A stretch of 62,619 nt of DNA, the filler included, from Globobulimina sp. (Eukaryota), in the NCBI GenBank assembly GCA_003354225.1. It is 18 parts of 18 records of this genome, joined end to end, with 100 filler letters (N's around TTAATTAATTAA, not from the genome) between each part and the next. Parts side by side here need not be neighbours in the genome. Positions count along the whole stretch, not along the records: positions 20,923 to 24,308 come from PIVH01002934.1; positions 24,409 to 27,794 come from PIVH01002935.1; positions 27,895 to 31,280 come from PIVH01002936.1; positions 31,381 to 34,765 come from PIVH01002937.1; positions 34,866 to 38,249 come from PIVH01002938.1; 13 more parts are not named here. The stretch is one strand, 5' to 3'. The translations under genes and the position numbers were made by a program. Shown piece by piece: positions 24,023-36,412 of the stretch. The number at the start of each line of letters is the position of its first letter. The stretch's first letter is position 1. The notes beneath the pieces were generated by a model. It had not been told where the DNA came from, ran no database searches, and saw only the letters and a program-made list of their open reading frames with translations.

Positions 24023-24649
24023 CGAGATATAATACTTTTATTCTATTTTGTTGTGCATTCCAAATGTTTAATTATATTTTTTTTCAATCTCTCTAATTTT
24101 CTGTTGCTTTTTGTATCTTTAATTTCATTTTGGTTTCTTGTTTTCTTCTGAAATTAAATGACACGTATTCAATACGACTAAGTCAAGATGAATCCACATG
24201 ACAGTGTTATGATTTTATAATACGCGAATTTACTATCCCATGAACGCTTATTTGTCTAACAGCGTTGCTGTTACGCTGTATTTATTTATTTGTTGTTCGG
24301 AGCCTGTCNNNNNNNNNNNNNNNNNNNNNNNNNNNNNNNNNNNNNNNNNNNNTTAATTAATTAANNNNNNNNNNNNNNNNNNNNNNNNNNNNNNNNNNNN
24401 NNNNNNNNGGTATATTTCACAAAAAATGTATTAAAAATAGATGAATGGAAAATAAATAAAAAGATTTATAAAATTAATAATAATACGTCAAAATTAATTA
24501 TATGTCAAATAATCGCAATTAATACGCGAAGACCAAACAAATGCATCAAGAATATCAATGCAATTAAAGATAATTCATTACGTGAACTAATCCCACACCA
24601 TCCAAAATTTAATGAAAAACCAGTAATATTTAGTCAAGAATTAATCGAT

Positions 24650-25621
24650 ATGATGAACCCAATGAAAATATTAAGTAATAACGATACCATCAACGCTGAC
24701 AAATTTAATTTTAGTTATAAGACAAACACAAAACTATCCCAATCTAACTTAGAGAAATTAAATCAAGAAAGAAACCAGGAATTAAGACAACAACTAAATC
24801 CATGGTCAATGTATCGTATTGTTATGAAACTTGCATTTCCTTTTTGCAACGATGACGAACCACCAAAATTCCCAATATACTATGACCAAAAACAGGTACA
24901 ATTAATATTAAATAAATCGCCATCAATTAAAGTATTAAATCCAATCATTAGAAAGCAAATTACAGATTATAATCATGGATCAAATGATGTGACAGAAACA
25001 AAGTGGGCGTGCCTCCATTTCCACGTTGACTCAGGTAATTGTGGACCAATAATTCGATCGCAAGCAATATGTGGCAATGTATCATTTGGTCACAACTGCA
25101 ATGCATTTATTGAAAAGAAAATGATTATGCGTGAAACAAACAAAACACAGAAAAAAAGCATGCAAGGTAGCTGCAATTGCGCCAAATATGGCATACCATG
25201 CATAATAAAAATACCTGAACAAATCAATCAGAAATTAATTAATGTGAATGATATGTATGTTGGATTAGCAATAGCTGTACATAACAATATATTGCCTCTA
25301 TGTATTAGCATATATGAGCTCAATGAACACATTAAAAATAATTTTGAAACATTTAATTATGCATTTAAGCCAACAAAAGACCAATCCGATGAAATTGATC
25401 GAAATATTCAAATATTGGATGAAATGAGATGCAGAATTGGCAGAGGCATAGATAAACAATTAATTATGAGGGAACTGATCAATATATTAGAAACAGGTAA
25501 ACCAATCGATGATTATAACACAATTTGCAGCGAATACAATATTGAGTACGATGCTGTTGCCCCAAAAATGAAAGCAATAAATTATTCGATTATGGGTTCA
25601 GAAATAAAAGCAATGAATTAA
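24650..25621 (+). CDS. Hypothetical Cys/His-containing protein, probably part of a decayed mobile element
   Basis: Intronless, A-rich 323-aa ORF whose frame is broken upstream and downstream; no recognised domain. Confidence 0.35.
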   Translation: MMNPMKILSNNDTINADKFNFSYKTNTKLSQSNLEKLNQERNQELRQQLNPWSMYRIVMKLAFPFCNDDEPPKFPIYYDQKQVQLILNKSPSIKVLNPIIRKQITDYNHGSNDVTETKWACLHFHVDSGNCGPIIRSQAICGNVSFGHNCNAFIEKKMIMRETNKTQKKSMQGSCNCAKYGIPCIIKIPEQINQKLINVNDMYVGLAIAVHNNILPLCISIYELNEHIKNNFETFNYAFKPTKDQSDEIDRNIQILDEMRCRIGRGIDKQLIMRELINILETGKPIDDYNTICSEYNIEYDAVAPKMKAINYSIMGSEIKAMN

Positions 25622-25719
25622 AAGAATTCGAAGAGTGCGATGACAAATTAGTAATAAACGAAACAATCAACGAAACAGTCATAGACGAAGCAAATAAGGG
25701 AGGAGCAGAAAATTATGAC

Positions 25720-26630
25720 ATGAGCATATATTATAAAACACAATGGCAACAAGAAAGAAATGAAAAAGAAGCACTAAAAAAAGAAAAGGAAGCTCTAATT
25801 GACCAATATAAATTGCAACAATTGAAATTAGATGAAAAAGAGCGCTAAAATGGATTTGAAAAATTGAAATTTAAACAAGAAATTGAACAATTGAAGAGAA
25901 ATAATTATGATATGAAGCTACAAATGGATCAATTTCGACAACAATTGTTGTCAAAGAACCTCGCAATTGAATTGAAAATGGCTGAATTAAAGCAAATGGA
26001 AGAAGCACACCGCCAACAAGAACAAATGCAAAAGAAATGGCAGAATCAAAAAATACATAGTCAACCGTATTCAGTGTATCTGTACCAAATCAACCGTATT
26101 CAGATAATAGTGACGATGAATACGAATATGATGATACAAATAATCAACAAAACCAACAAAATCAACAAAATAATTACCAGCAAAGACAACAAAATCAACA
26201 AAATCAGCAAAAACAACGTAATTTCGATCCAACAGAGATGTTATTTGAATTGAAAGAGAAATACATTAAATTAGAGAAAAGATTTGAAATCGATGAATTT
26301 GAAAATAAACAAAGAAGAAAAGCCAATTACGGACAAAGAAAATGTTACAGCTGCGGTGATACAGGACATGAGGCAAAGAATAAAAAGGACATGAGGCCAA
26401 GAATTGCCATAATAAACAAAAACAACATTATCATCAATTTCAACAATATCAGCCACCATATCAATATCAACAACAACAACAACAAATGCAACCGCCACGA
26501 AATCAACAACAACAACAAATGCAACCGGTACAAAACCAACAACAAATGCAACCGCCACAAAATCAGCAACGACAACGAATCCCATCGCAACAATTCATAA
26601 ATAATCAAATAAGAGATATATCAACAAATG
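25720..26630 (+). pseudogene. Decayed gag-like ORF: coiled coil, truncated zinc knuckle (CYSCGDTGH) and Q/P-rich tail
   Basis: Fragments lie in alternating frames with stops. CX2CX4H at 26343-26369 lacks the fourth Cys. MQPPRNQQQQ-type repeats follow. Confidence 0.55.
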
Positions 26631-26631
26631 A

Positions 26632-27562
26632 TTTAATATCAATCCGAAGGAGTGGGAGCAGGCAAAAAAATGGTTGAAAAATTATAAGGAAGGAAAGACA
26701 GTGAAAAAGCGACCAGCTTTTTTACCGGAAGACACAAAGCGATTTTTGTGTGATATATGAAAACGTGAAAGTAGCGTTTCTTACAGGCACTTATGGCTGT
26801 TTTAGAGCGATTGATTATACCTCGCTTTATCACAACAAAGCGCATAATATCAAAATCGATGTATATGACCGACGTTAAGTGTTTTTGTTTATGTTTTATA
26901 TTTTTTGTCTGTGTTTTTGTATTAAAATAAACAGATTATAAGGATCATTTTTATAAGAATTTTATGATTACAAATCAGAGATCGGTGAAGAGGATAATTC
27001 GATATATGGCAAAGACAAAGAAATATTGGAGCAATAAAAAGCATATCTATGGCTCAAGATTTTTATGGCAAAAGCGATTAAAAAGAACAACAAATAAATG
27101 GAATTTCCATCCGCAGCCATTAGGAATTGGTTATTTTTATAAATATCCAAAGAAGATGGCGAAATGGCTTGGTTTGGCGGAGTGGTGGCGATATTCAGGA
27201 CATTGTATTCGAATTACCTCCGCATCATTATTTTGCGAGGGTGATGTATGTGTATTTTGTATCTGTTTTTGTTTGTTTTTATACACATAAATATATATAA
27301 ACAGGTTACATTATTACAGTTAAAGAAATTTGGCTGTTGGAAAAGTGATGCAGTGGCGGAGTCTTATTATGATAATTCCATTAGGAATAAAGAGAAAGAC
27401 GCAAATATTATTAATGAACAGATTGGATTTGATGAGAAAGAAGAAAAAGAAGCGATATCAATGGATATCAATATTAAAGGGAATAAAGCGATATCAATGG
27501 CTGGCAAAAGATTTGTGAATTGCACATTTTCAAATTGCTCTTTTTCAAATTGTAATTTATAA
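26632..27562 (+). mobile_element. CryptonI-like tyrosine recombinase gene, 5'-truncated, with one frameshift/stop at 26758-26761 and introns at 26874-26934 and 27246-27304
   Basis: Spliced translation: WLKNYKEGKTVKKRPAF…FL / KVAFLTGTYGCFRAID…HYKDH…PLGIGYFYKYPKKMAKWLGL…YSGHCIRITSASLF…LLQLKKFGCWKSDAVAESYYDNS…FSNCSFSNC. This contains the R, K, HxxR, W and Y catalytic set. Confidence 0.85.
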
Positions 27563-28059
27563 ATTATTTCGTTTTTTAGTTTGTGCCCCCTCGACTTTTA
27601 AGGTTTTTTCGTTCTTAATCTATTTTACAACACGTACAAAAAGTGTTATTCGTTTCTATTTTACTACAACTAGGCGGTTTGCAAGCTTAGGTTTGTTGTA
27701 AATAAAACAGTTTTACTGGCGTTTTTTTTGGTAAACATACAAAAGAGCCACGATATATGGACACCCACAGAAAACACTGTTTCTTGTCGAAGTCNNNNNN
27801 NNNNNNNNNNNNNNNNNNNNNNNNNNNNNNNNNNNNNNTTAATTAATTAANNNNNNNNNNNNNNNNNNNNNNNNNNNNNNNNNNNNNNNNNNNNTTTTTG
27901 GGTTGCTTTAATGATGATATAATAACCATGCACAAAAAATTATATTATTATAACACAACAAAAAATAGACACGAGTCACACGACTGACAAACAAAAAGCA
28001 AAAAAAAACGAAAAGAACAACAAAAAATGTATATTAATTTATATAATTGAATACAGAAT

Positions 28060-29775
28060 CTATGCTTTTGCCACAAGCTGACTATATTGCAATGTATTAA
28101 TTGTTTGTTTTGCATAACTTTGGCTCGATCCAATATTTGAAATCATGATTGCTTTCGAATCCTTGCCACTTAAATACTTTTTCAAATACATTGTTAATTT
28201 GCTATTCCTATATCCAATATGCCCCGCATTATTATGCAAGCCACGAATACATTCTTTCAACGCCAATAAACTTTTATTAATCTCATTTCTTTCCCTCTCT
28301 TCCTGGACATCTTTATTTTTGACATCTCTCCCATACTCATTCCCGGCTAAATCAACAAAAACGACCGTTCCTCCAATAAACGGCCGATTTGAATCATTAC
28401 ATAACGTATCCAACTTATCCACCACATTTGCTTGATCCTTCAGAAAGCGCGCCTTTTCTTTTTCCAATTCTTTATAACCGCGCCCATTACGCAGCCCTTC
28501 CACCATTTCAATCATCTTCAACTTTGCGGCGGGTATCGCCTGTCCGCGTTGCGTATATTTTTTCTCCGCGAGTTTGCGTGCACCGACTGAGTCCATAATC
28601 ATCTCAATTGCCAACAACTCTGCTTCTAATTCCACCAATTCCTTCCTTCCATTTATCAGTTTCGTACATACCAATTCCAGCTCTAAAAAAGCATGCGACC
28701 GCGAGGACTGTCACAGTGCAGCAATCAACAAAGTATATATTATGCTTAGTCAACAAAACTAGCATACCTTATCATGCAATGTCGAACTACCTACGTTTCT
28801 CGACGCAATTCCATCAGATATGACATTTAATAATTCATCCTCTGTTTGTATGTGCATATTACCGATGGGATATGCCCTTATTTTGCCATCATCACATTTT
28901 ACAGGCTCTGCGCGAATATGCACCACACCGTTGATATCCTCACGCACAAAACATTCCCGTTTGTCTTTGCTTAATAAATCGTATACTTTGCCTTGATATA
29001 ACTCACAAAAACGCACTTCGATAAATATATCATTTGCAGACTGCGTGACCGAACTAAATAAGTGGCGGGCAAATAACTGATACATTCCAGGCTCTTTTTT
29101 ATAACCAAATATCGTATGCGTTTTACCGGAGCCTGTATGGCCGTATGCGAAAATGCAAACATTTTCACCCGCAAATACATACGGAACGGCTGTTGGTAAT
29201 AAACTTTTATTAAATGTCTGTATATTATCGTATTTTGGTAATATTATGCCTTGGAAACCAGTGTATTTTTTGTCTCGTTCATTGTTTCGGCCATATACGT
29301 TTTTTAATGTTAACGATTCTGTCTGTTTTTTTTTAAGTTTTTTAACATTATATTTGAGAGATTCATGCTTGTCACGAATTTCTAAGCCAACCAATGGCCG
29401 CATTCTTACGAATGCTTGGACGGGAAAATTGAGTAATTCCTCTTTTGTCTCTTCTTTTTTCTCTTCTTTTTTCTCCTCCGTAATCTTCTTTTTTTCATTT
29501 TTCTTCTCTTCCGATACGGAATAAGTGCCATAAACCCCAGATGAATGAGATGGTTTGTACGAGACTGGCATGACTCGCTTCAAATTGTCTGGTTTGATGG
29601 CTAATTTCTCCTTGTCATCATAAAGTTGAATTGGCCACCTTTTAGTATCTATTAAATATGGACCGACAACCTCTGCTAATTTGCCGTTGTATTTTTCGGT
29701 TTGTAGGTCGATGATTTGGACTGTATCACCAATATGAAATAGGTTATGAACTGATTCATCTGTTGACTCTGTCAT
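28060..29775 (-). CDS. Kinesin motor protein, kinesin-13-like (intron 28708-28767)
   Basis: FAYGHTGSGKTHT (P-loop), SSRSHA (restored by splicing), FVDLAGNE, EINKSLLALKECIR and YRNSKLT. Confidence 0.92.
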
Positions 29776-29880
29776 TGTGGCAAGTTCTGTACGGAGTGTT
29801 TTTGCTTTTCTTGGTTCGACAAGAATAACCACATCAGAGTCATGCAGTTTCAGGCAAATTCAACAGTATCTACGTTAAAT

Positions 29881-31280
29881 ATGGAGGAAACCAAAGAAGA
29901 GTTCATTACTGTTCCAAAGGAAGAGTATGAGAGAATTGTGAGGGAAAATAACAGATTAAGATTTCAATTAGATACAGCAAACGATATTATATTGCAACTT
30001 CAACGAAGAACTGTGAATAATTTATCTGCAAATATTGATCAATCGACAATAATGAATGATCACAAACAAACAGAAAATACTGGAATGATCACTGAAGCCA
30101 CCTACAAACAAAAAATCAGCCGGATATTCAAAAAATCCTTCTTTTTCTCTTTCCCACAAATAAATACTGTGAGTATTGCTGAGCCAGATCAGAATGATGA
30201 TGATGATGATGAGCCAGATCAGAATTTAGAATTTTTAGATGAAATTTACGAATTACATGATCAATATTCAACGGAGGAATATTACCAATATGCACTCCCA
30301 TATTACCACAATTGCAATATTTATGTATGATTATCTTTATCCACTTTAAATGTACTTTTTATATTTCAAAAACATATATATTTATATATGAACTGAACAG
30401 AGCAAAGGAAACATGATTGATGATAAAGCTGATGCTGATTTTTATGAAGTTCAGTCCACTCTTTCTAGTGTGTTTAATATTTGTTTTGTATATTCTAATA
30501 AACAATAATTGAATTAAGGATAATTACAATGAAGCAACTCCGTTGGTTGTATTGTCTCTAATCTATGACATGGATATATCCAATATGCGATACATTAATA
30601 TATCCCAACAATATGATTATTTATTATCACAAAATAAAGCACAATTAAGTAAAGTATTTCTTTTTATGGAATATCACAAAGACACTCAACTCAGTCAAAA
30701 AACTGAAATTTCAAATTGGAATGAAAACGATATTATGTTATCATTTATATCCTATGTCCTGCGTTTCTCAAAGAATAACGTTTCTCAAAGTAATAAAATC
30801 TGGGAATTTGCAAGTTATTTATGGTCAAATATTAATGCAGAGATAAATACTGTGTCACAGTTTTTTAAATTGAATGAACTCCAACAAAAAGAAAGGGGAT
30901 TAAGTATTATTAATTGGGTTTGTAATAAATTTGAATTACAAACCAGTCCGTTTGCCAACAGTAACGTTAAGCAGATCTGTGGTGGATGGAGTGATGAATT
31001 ATATGTTCAATTAAATGGTATGATCACTGATGATCAGAAAATAATGACAGGTATAAATGTTTATATTTCATAATAGAAAATTATGCAATTTTTTTTTAAA
31101 AAAGTTTTGAAAGCCGTTGATAAATTTGCCAGTACAAATGAGTCGATTGATGATGAAATCCGCATTATGACAATTCCTAAAGAAAAATGTACAGAACTTG
31201 TGATTAAGCACAGATATATTTACCAGGACTTTAAAGACAAAAAACGTTTGTTTCGTTATTTATTTTGGAGAATAAAAATG
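29881..31280 (+). CDS. Hypothetical multi-exon protein, 3'-partial
   Basis: ORFs at 29842, 30543 and 31083 are separated by AT-rich GT-AG-like gaps. Confidence 0.45.
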
Positions 31281-31982
31281 NNNNNNNNNNNNNNNNNNNN
31301 NNNNNNNNNNNNNNNNNNNNNNNNTTAATTAATTAANNNNNNNNNNNNNNNNNNNNNNNNNNNNNNNNNNNNNNNNNNNNGTGACTGAAATTAAACATTT
31401 GAGAGAGAAGAGGTAAAAAGTTTTTGTTTTGGAAAGAATTGTATTATTACAACCCGTTAATCCATGGGAAGGTCGAGCATGGAGTATTTATAATGAATAT
31501 TTTCAATGGATGCCACCTAAAAATCAAACTAGCCAATAACATGCATGTCGTATGGAATGAGGGGAGAACGGGTACCAATTGGAATTATTATTAAATATTA
31601 TCAAATCGACATATTTTACATGTTTATTGTGTAGATTATGGTGGAACAAAATGAGAAATTAATTCGGAATATAATGAAAAAATAAGTGGAATTCCATTGG
31701 GAATCGATTATATTAACAAAAACAGGAATGAATATTTAATCAATATGTAAACATAGAAAGAATTATTTTGTGTGTGGCTTCAAATTATGGTGATGTTTCT
31801 ATTCCGAACCATGGTGAATAAAACAATTTGTATTTGGATCCATTTTAAAAAAAAACAAAGAACAAAAAAAAACGAACGAACGAAAAAGTCATTTTGATTC
31901 TCAGCCAGTTCTGGGCTCTTCAAATCACTCTCCTGTAGTCGCTCTTGACATTCATAATGTCGTCAGAAAAGCACTCTAAATA

Positions 31983-32057
31983 GACCCCCAACCCCCACCC
32001 ACCACCACAACCACAACCCACACACCCACACAGCCACCCACCCCCGCACCCACCCCT
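31983..32057. repeat. C/A-rich low-complexity tract
   Basis: Runs of ccca/cca units. Confidence 0.7.
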
Positions 32058-32086
32058 GTGATATTCCAAATAATAATCCAGAAATT

Positions 32087-32380
32087 ATGCAAAATTCAGA
32101 CAATAATGAGTATAAAGTTCGAATTACATTCAATTCGAGAACTAATGAAATAATTTTGAATGTATCCAATGAGATATTAAATAAAAAATGGATAAAAACA
32201 CTTGAAAAAAAAGAATTGAGTGATTTGGGTGTGGCCGAAGCAATTATGGCATATAATAAAATGAGAGATATTATGGGTAATGGAAGTGTAAAATGTATGG
32301 AAATCGATGATGTATTTTGTCGAGTAAATCTATTAAAAAATGATCAAATATTTGAGTTTGTTGTTGCTGAACATCGCTGA
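32087..32380 (+). CDS. Small hypothetical protein
   Basis: 97-aa ORF with ordinary composition. Confidence 0.4.
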   Translation: MQNSDNNEYKVRITFNSRTNEIILNVSNEILNKKWIKTLEKKELSDLGVAEAIMAYNKMRDIMGNGSVKCMEIDDVFCRVNLLKNDQIFEFVVAEHR

Positions 32381-32801
32381 TTTGTTTGTGTATATGTTTC
32401 AATATTTGTTGTTCGAGAACCGATATAAACGCATTGTATTATCATAACATTTTGTGTTGTAATAAGTATTATTTTGTGCATGTTGTTATTTCCTATTTTT
32501 TGTTCCATTATTTCGTCGTTACGACGTTACCACAGTTTATATATACATTATTTTTCATAGTTTAATATTTAGACGTTTTAGTTGCGTCATTTTTTCGATG
32601 TATTTAACATCCACGAAATTGCACACCATCATATTTTAAATTACTGGAACTGCACTGTACATATTTATACAAATTCGCAACATTTGGAAACGATAATTAT
32701 TCCCCACGTACTAGCAAAAAACCACTTAAATACATACAAACATGCAAGAACAAAATGTTTTTATCTCGGGAATTCAAAACAAAATATAAAGTCAAACAAA
32801 A

Positions 32802-34765
32802 TCAATTAATATAACTAATCTCCATATCATCGCCATCATCCTCGTCCTCCTCCTCCTCCTTATCGGCAACATTATCACTTTCCAATTGCAACTGCATCAT
32901 TCCATGATTACTATTTTTCTGCTTGCCACCTTTGGCAAAGTTAAGCTGATACACTCGAATCTGTTGCAATATCTTATTCGCGGTCTCTTTCCCTTTCTGC
33001 CCATACTTAATAATCCTCTGCGCGAACTTGACCGCCTCACCAAACTCATTCTCATTCAACGCAATCTCAGACAACTTAATAAATGCTTCAATCTCATTGT
33101 CCGTCAACAACTTATTGGGCGACGCTATAAACGCCACATATTTCTTATACATTTTCTTGGCTTTGCTCACTTGTTTGGTGATATTGTACAATTTGGCCAA
33201 CTCCAACACCACATTCTTATTTCCCTCGTTATTGTTATGCGCGATGTGCTTGGCCCTCTCATACGATTTGATGCTCATCGATACGTTCCCCAACGACTTG
33301 TAACAGCTCGCCAATGCCATCCACATCCTATGGTCGTACGGCCGCAGTTTGCACACTTTGTTGTAATAAAAGATGGAGTAAGTGTACATTTGCAGCAATT
33401 CGTACGTTTGCCCCAAACCATACCAGCCGCGGTAATCCCGGCAGTTCAAATCGATGCTTTTGCGGTAACACTGAATGGCCGCCGTCTCGTTACGCATTTC
33501 AATGTATTCGTGGCCCATCAGCACGTACGAAGAGATAAAGTTGTTGTTCAATGATAAGGAGCGCTCGAAGTACAGGATGGCCTTTTCGTGCATACCGTAC
33601 ATCGCATAGTAATTCCCCACAACGCAGCAGGTCTCGGCCCGGTATTTGTTGTTCGCCATACATCGATGCGCTAAGTACGATAATTGCTTCTTCTCCTCGC
33701 GGACATATAAGATGTTGCTGTACACATCCAATAGCTCGATGTGATGCGCGTCGATGCCTAAGATCTCGGAGAATATCAACATACACTCTTCGTACTTGCG
33801 TAAGTTGTATAATATCAACGCCTTTTGACCCAAAATATGCGTATTCTGTACACGTACAAGTAAGTAATGTGTGAGTTGTGTGCCAGGATATGGATGGAAA
33901 AGGGGCGTTAACTTCGGCTAATTTGTTGGATAAGTTGTTGAAATATTGGATGACTTCGCAGGGGTTATAAAACTCAGTGGTTTCCACCATAACTTCGGCG
34001 ACGAAGATGCTGCAAATCCAATGGTTGAATAGCTTGGACTTGACGGAGATGAATATTTTCTCATTTATCACCAATTCGGATAAGGAACGCCATGCACTCC
34101 AATTGTATGGGAAGATGTTGACAGATTTGATTAAGGATTGGATGGCTTCGGCGTCGCGATTTAATTCCCGCAAACAAACGCCTTTGATGTAATAATGGAA
34201 GCCGTCTAAATTATTATTGTTGAGCTCTCGTTTGTTGATTTTAGCGATAATTTGGGTCAGATTCTGGTTAATGACTTGGGTTTTGTCCAATTGGTTGTTG
34301 GATTGCAAGATTTCCTCTTCCTTTGTTTTCTCGCCTAATAAATATAATGCATACGCCGACAGGAAAAATGCATAATTGTTGGTGTTGAAGTCCTCGTTTT
34401 TCAATGTGTCAATGACGCGGTTATAATCTTTTAAGTCGAAGTAACTTTTTGCTAACATGCACATATCGGATAATTGCGTCATGGAACGGATATATTGGCC
34501 GTTTTTATTGCTTTTGTGGTCTTTCATTTCGTGGGAGTGGTCATGGTCAGTGTCGTCGTTGTGTTGTTTGGTTTGGTTTGCGATTTGTTTGTTGATTGAG
34601 ATTAATAATTCTGAAGCCCATTTGGTTGCAAATGGCAAACAGTGGGTGGATAAAATTCCAATACAAAAACGAACTTCTTTTTGCATGCATTGTAACTCAG
34701 ATATTGAGTATTGTTTCTTCGTATTTTGTAGTGATTGTTTCGAATTTAAAGCAAACCAAGTGTCC
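32802..34765 (-). CDS. CDC23: Anaphase-promoting complex subunit 8 (TPR protein; intron 33846-33912; start at or near the contig edge)
   Basis: Motifs KWASELL, LAKSYFDLKDY, PYNWSAW, KYRAETCCVVGNYY, LMGHEYIEMRN, DYRGWYGLGQTYELL and LRPYDHRMW. Confidence 0.95.
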
Positions 34766-35241
34766 NNNNNNNNNNNNNNNNNNNNNNNNNNNNNNNNNNN
34801 NNNNNNNNNTTAATTAATTAANNNNNNNNNNNNNNNNNNNNNNNNNNNNNNNNNNNNNNNNNNNNTTGCTAATGGCTGGTGTGGAACATTTTAAATTTGA
34901 GATATTAAATGATGCGGATAATAAACAAGAGATTGAAAAGGAACTGATCCAGTACATTGATTGGGCATTGTTGCAATTTAAGAAATATAATTTGAATTTA
35001 ACAAAGTATCAAAATGACAGATTGGCCCATAAATTGAGTCAAATTATTTAGATTTCGATGATGATATAATTGATATTGTATTCATCATATTTTCCATTGC
35101 AAATTGCGAAGGATGGTGAATTTTGAATTATACATCGAGTAATTTGCAATGACAACATGTTGGATTTACATTTGTTGATATGCATTGTATGAATTATGAA
35201 ATTCCTAACTTTTCCCGTTTGCGTTCAAAAAAATAAATATT

Positions 35242-35315
35242 TACCCACTGCGAGACTCGAACTCGCGACCCTCTGCGTGTGGAGCAGATGTCATAACCAA
35301 CTAGACCAAGTGGGC
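35242..35315 (-). tRNA. tRNA-Val(CAC)
   Basis: Cloverleaf GCCCACT…TCTGC-TCCACAC-GCAGA…GTTCGAGTC…AGTGGGT-A, followed by an oligo-T Pol III terminator. Confidence 0.9.
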
Positions 35316-35631
35316 AATTTCTTCCTTTCCTTATTCATATTATCGTATTCATCATCAAAATTGTACTTATGATGAGTGAATGTAACAATTTTTGTTTTGT
35401 GGGAGAAACGAGTCAATTCAAAACAATCAAGTACGACCAGGGAGACACCTCTGTCGAGCCATAATACATGCACCAAATCCAGCTAACACATTAGAATTAC
35501 AATGTGATTTGAGTCAGGTGATCTTCACACTTTTTCCAAAAATTGAGTTTTGCAAAATAAGAAATTTCGAATTTATAACTCCTTCTTCTTCTTCTTCAAA
35601 ACAATATAAGTAGAAAAATTGTAAACATATA

Positions 35632-36339
35632 TTAAAATATGTCATACGTCAATCGTTGCCCATACATTTTTGGTGATATTTGAGCAATTCTCAATTCACA
35701 TCCTACAGTACATTCATCCGAAGCATTTTGATAAAAATTAAAATATGGAACCCAACCACCGAATAAGTTTGTTTTTTGTATTCGAGAAAATTTTATTTCA
35801 TGCTTTTCACACAAACCAACGTTAACCACTGCAATATTTAGTGTTTGTTTATCCAAATCCAACAACATATCAACATCCAAATTCTTTTTATAAAAATGAC
35901 AATTGTTTCTATATTTAAATGTTTTTGGATAAAAACAGCCTTTGTATGAAACACCATATATATCAGAGGCCACATAATCCCTTATTTTATCATTTGGTGG
36001 ACTTATACCATAAACAACAGATCCTCCGTCTCGTCTGTGTTTGGTACTTATTCTCCAACAATGAATACCTGCACTAACTGGCCGTATATCCGCCAATATC
36101 CATCTATAAGATGCAGTCGCTGAGCTTCCAACTTTACATCTTTTAACACACTTTTTTTTATCCATCAAAAGCAGGCCAAATTTGCTTTTGAATTTCGTGC
36201 TAAATTTCAATATTCGACATATATCAATATATTGCATCATTATTTCTGCAATACCTTCAATATCAATCGAAGATCCATTCATTATCGTTCGGAACCAATA
36301 TCTCCATATTGCCATTGCTTCTTTTACTTCCTCAGACAT
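35632..36339 (-). CDS. SPRY-like domain protein with lineage-type N-terminal motif
   Basis: 'PVSAGIHCWRI', 'VVYGIS', 'DMLLDLDKQTLNI' and 'GWVPYFNF'. Confidence 0.6.
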   Translation of the reverse strand: MSEEVKEAMAIWRYWFRTIMNGSSIDIEGIAEIMMQYIDICRILKFSTKFKSKFGLLLMDKKKCVKRCKVGSSATASYRWILADIRPVSAGIHCWRISTKHRRDGGSVVYGISPPNDKIRDYVASDIYGVSYKGCFYPKTFKYRNNCHFYKKNLDVDMLLDLDKQTLNIAVVNVGLCEKHEIKFSRIQKTNLFGGWVPYFNFYQNASDECTVGCELRIAQISPKMYGQRLTYDIF

Positions 36340-36412
36340 TACAGATTATTATGCATTTATTTAGTAGGTTGAACTGAAGTAAAGACGCAGATATAAACAC
36401 AGATGTTTACTT

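Noticed and set aside
17437-27794. Functional pairing of the YR-less retroelement with the nearby YR gene as a two-component system
   Set aside because: They are on different contigs that are neighbours only because of length sorting. Base composition and YR type also differ, so nothing in the sequence links them.
31381-31850. Possible degraded protease-like coding fragments ('PWEGRAWS')
   Set aside because: Too fragmented to assign.
32886-33874. Long plus-strand ORFs opposite CDC23 (and similar antisense ORFs at 18662, 59348 and 59667)
   Set aside because: These are shadow ORFs of real genes on the other strand in locally GC-richer DNA, with no motifs.
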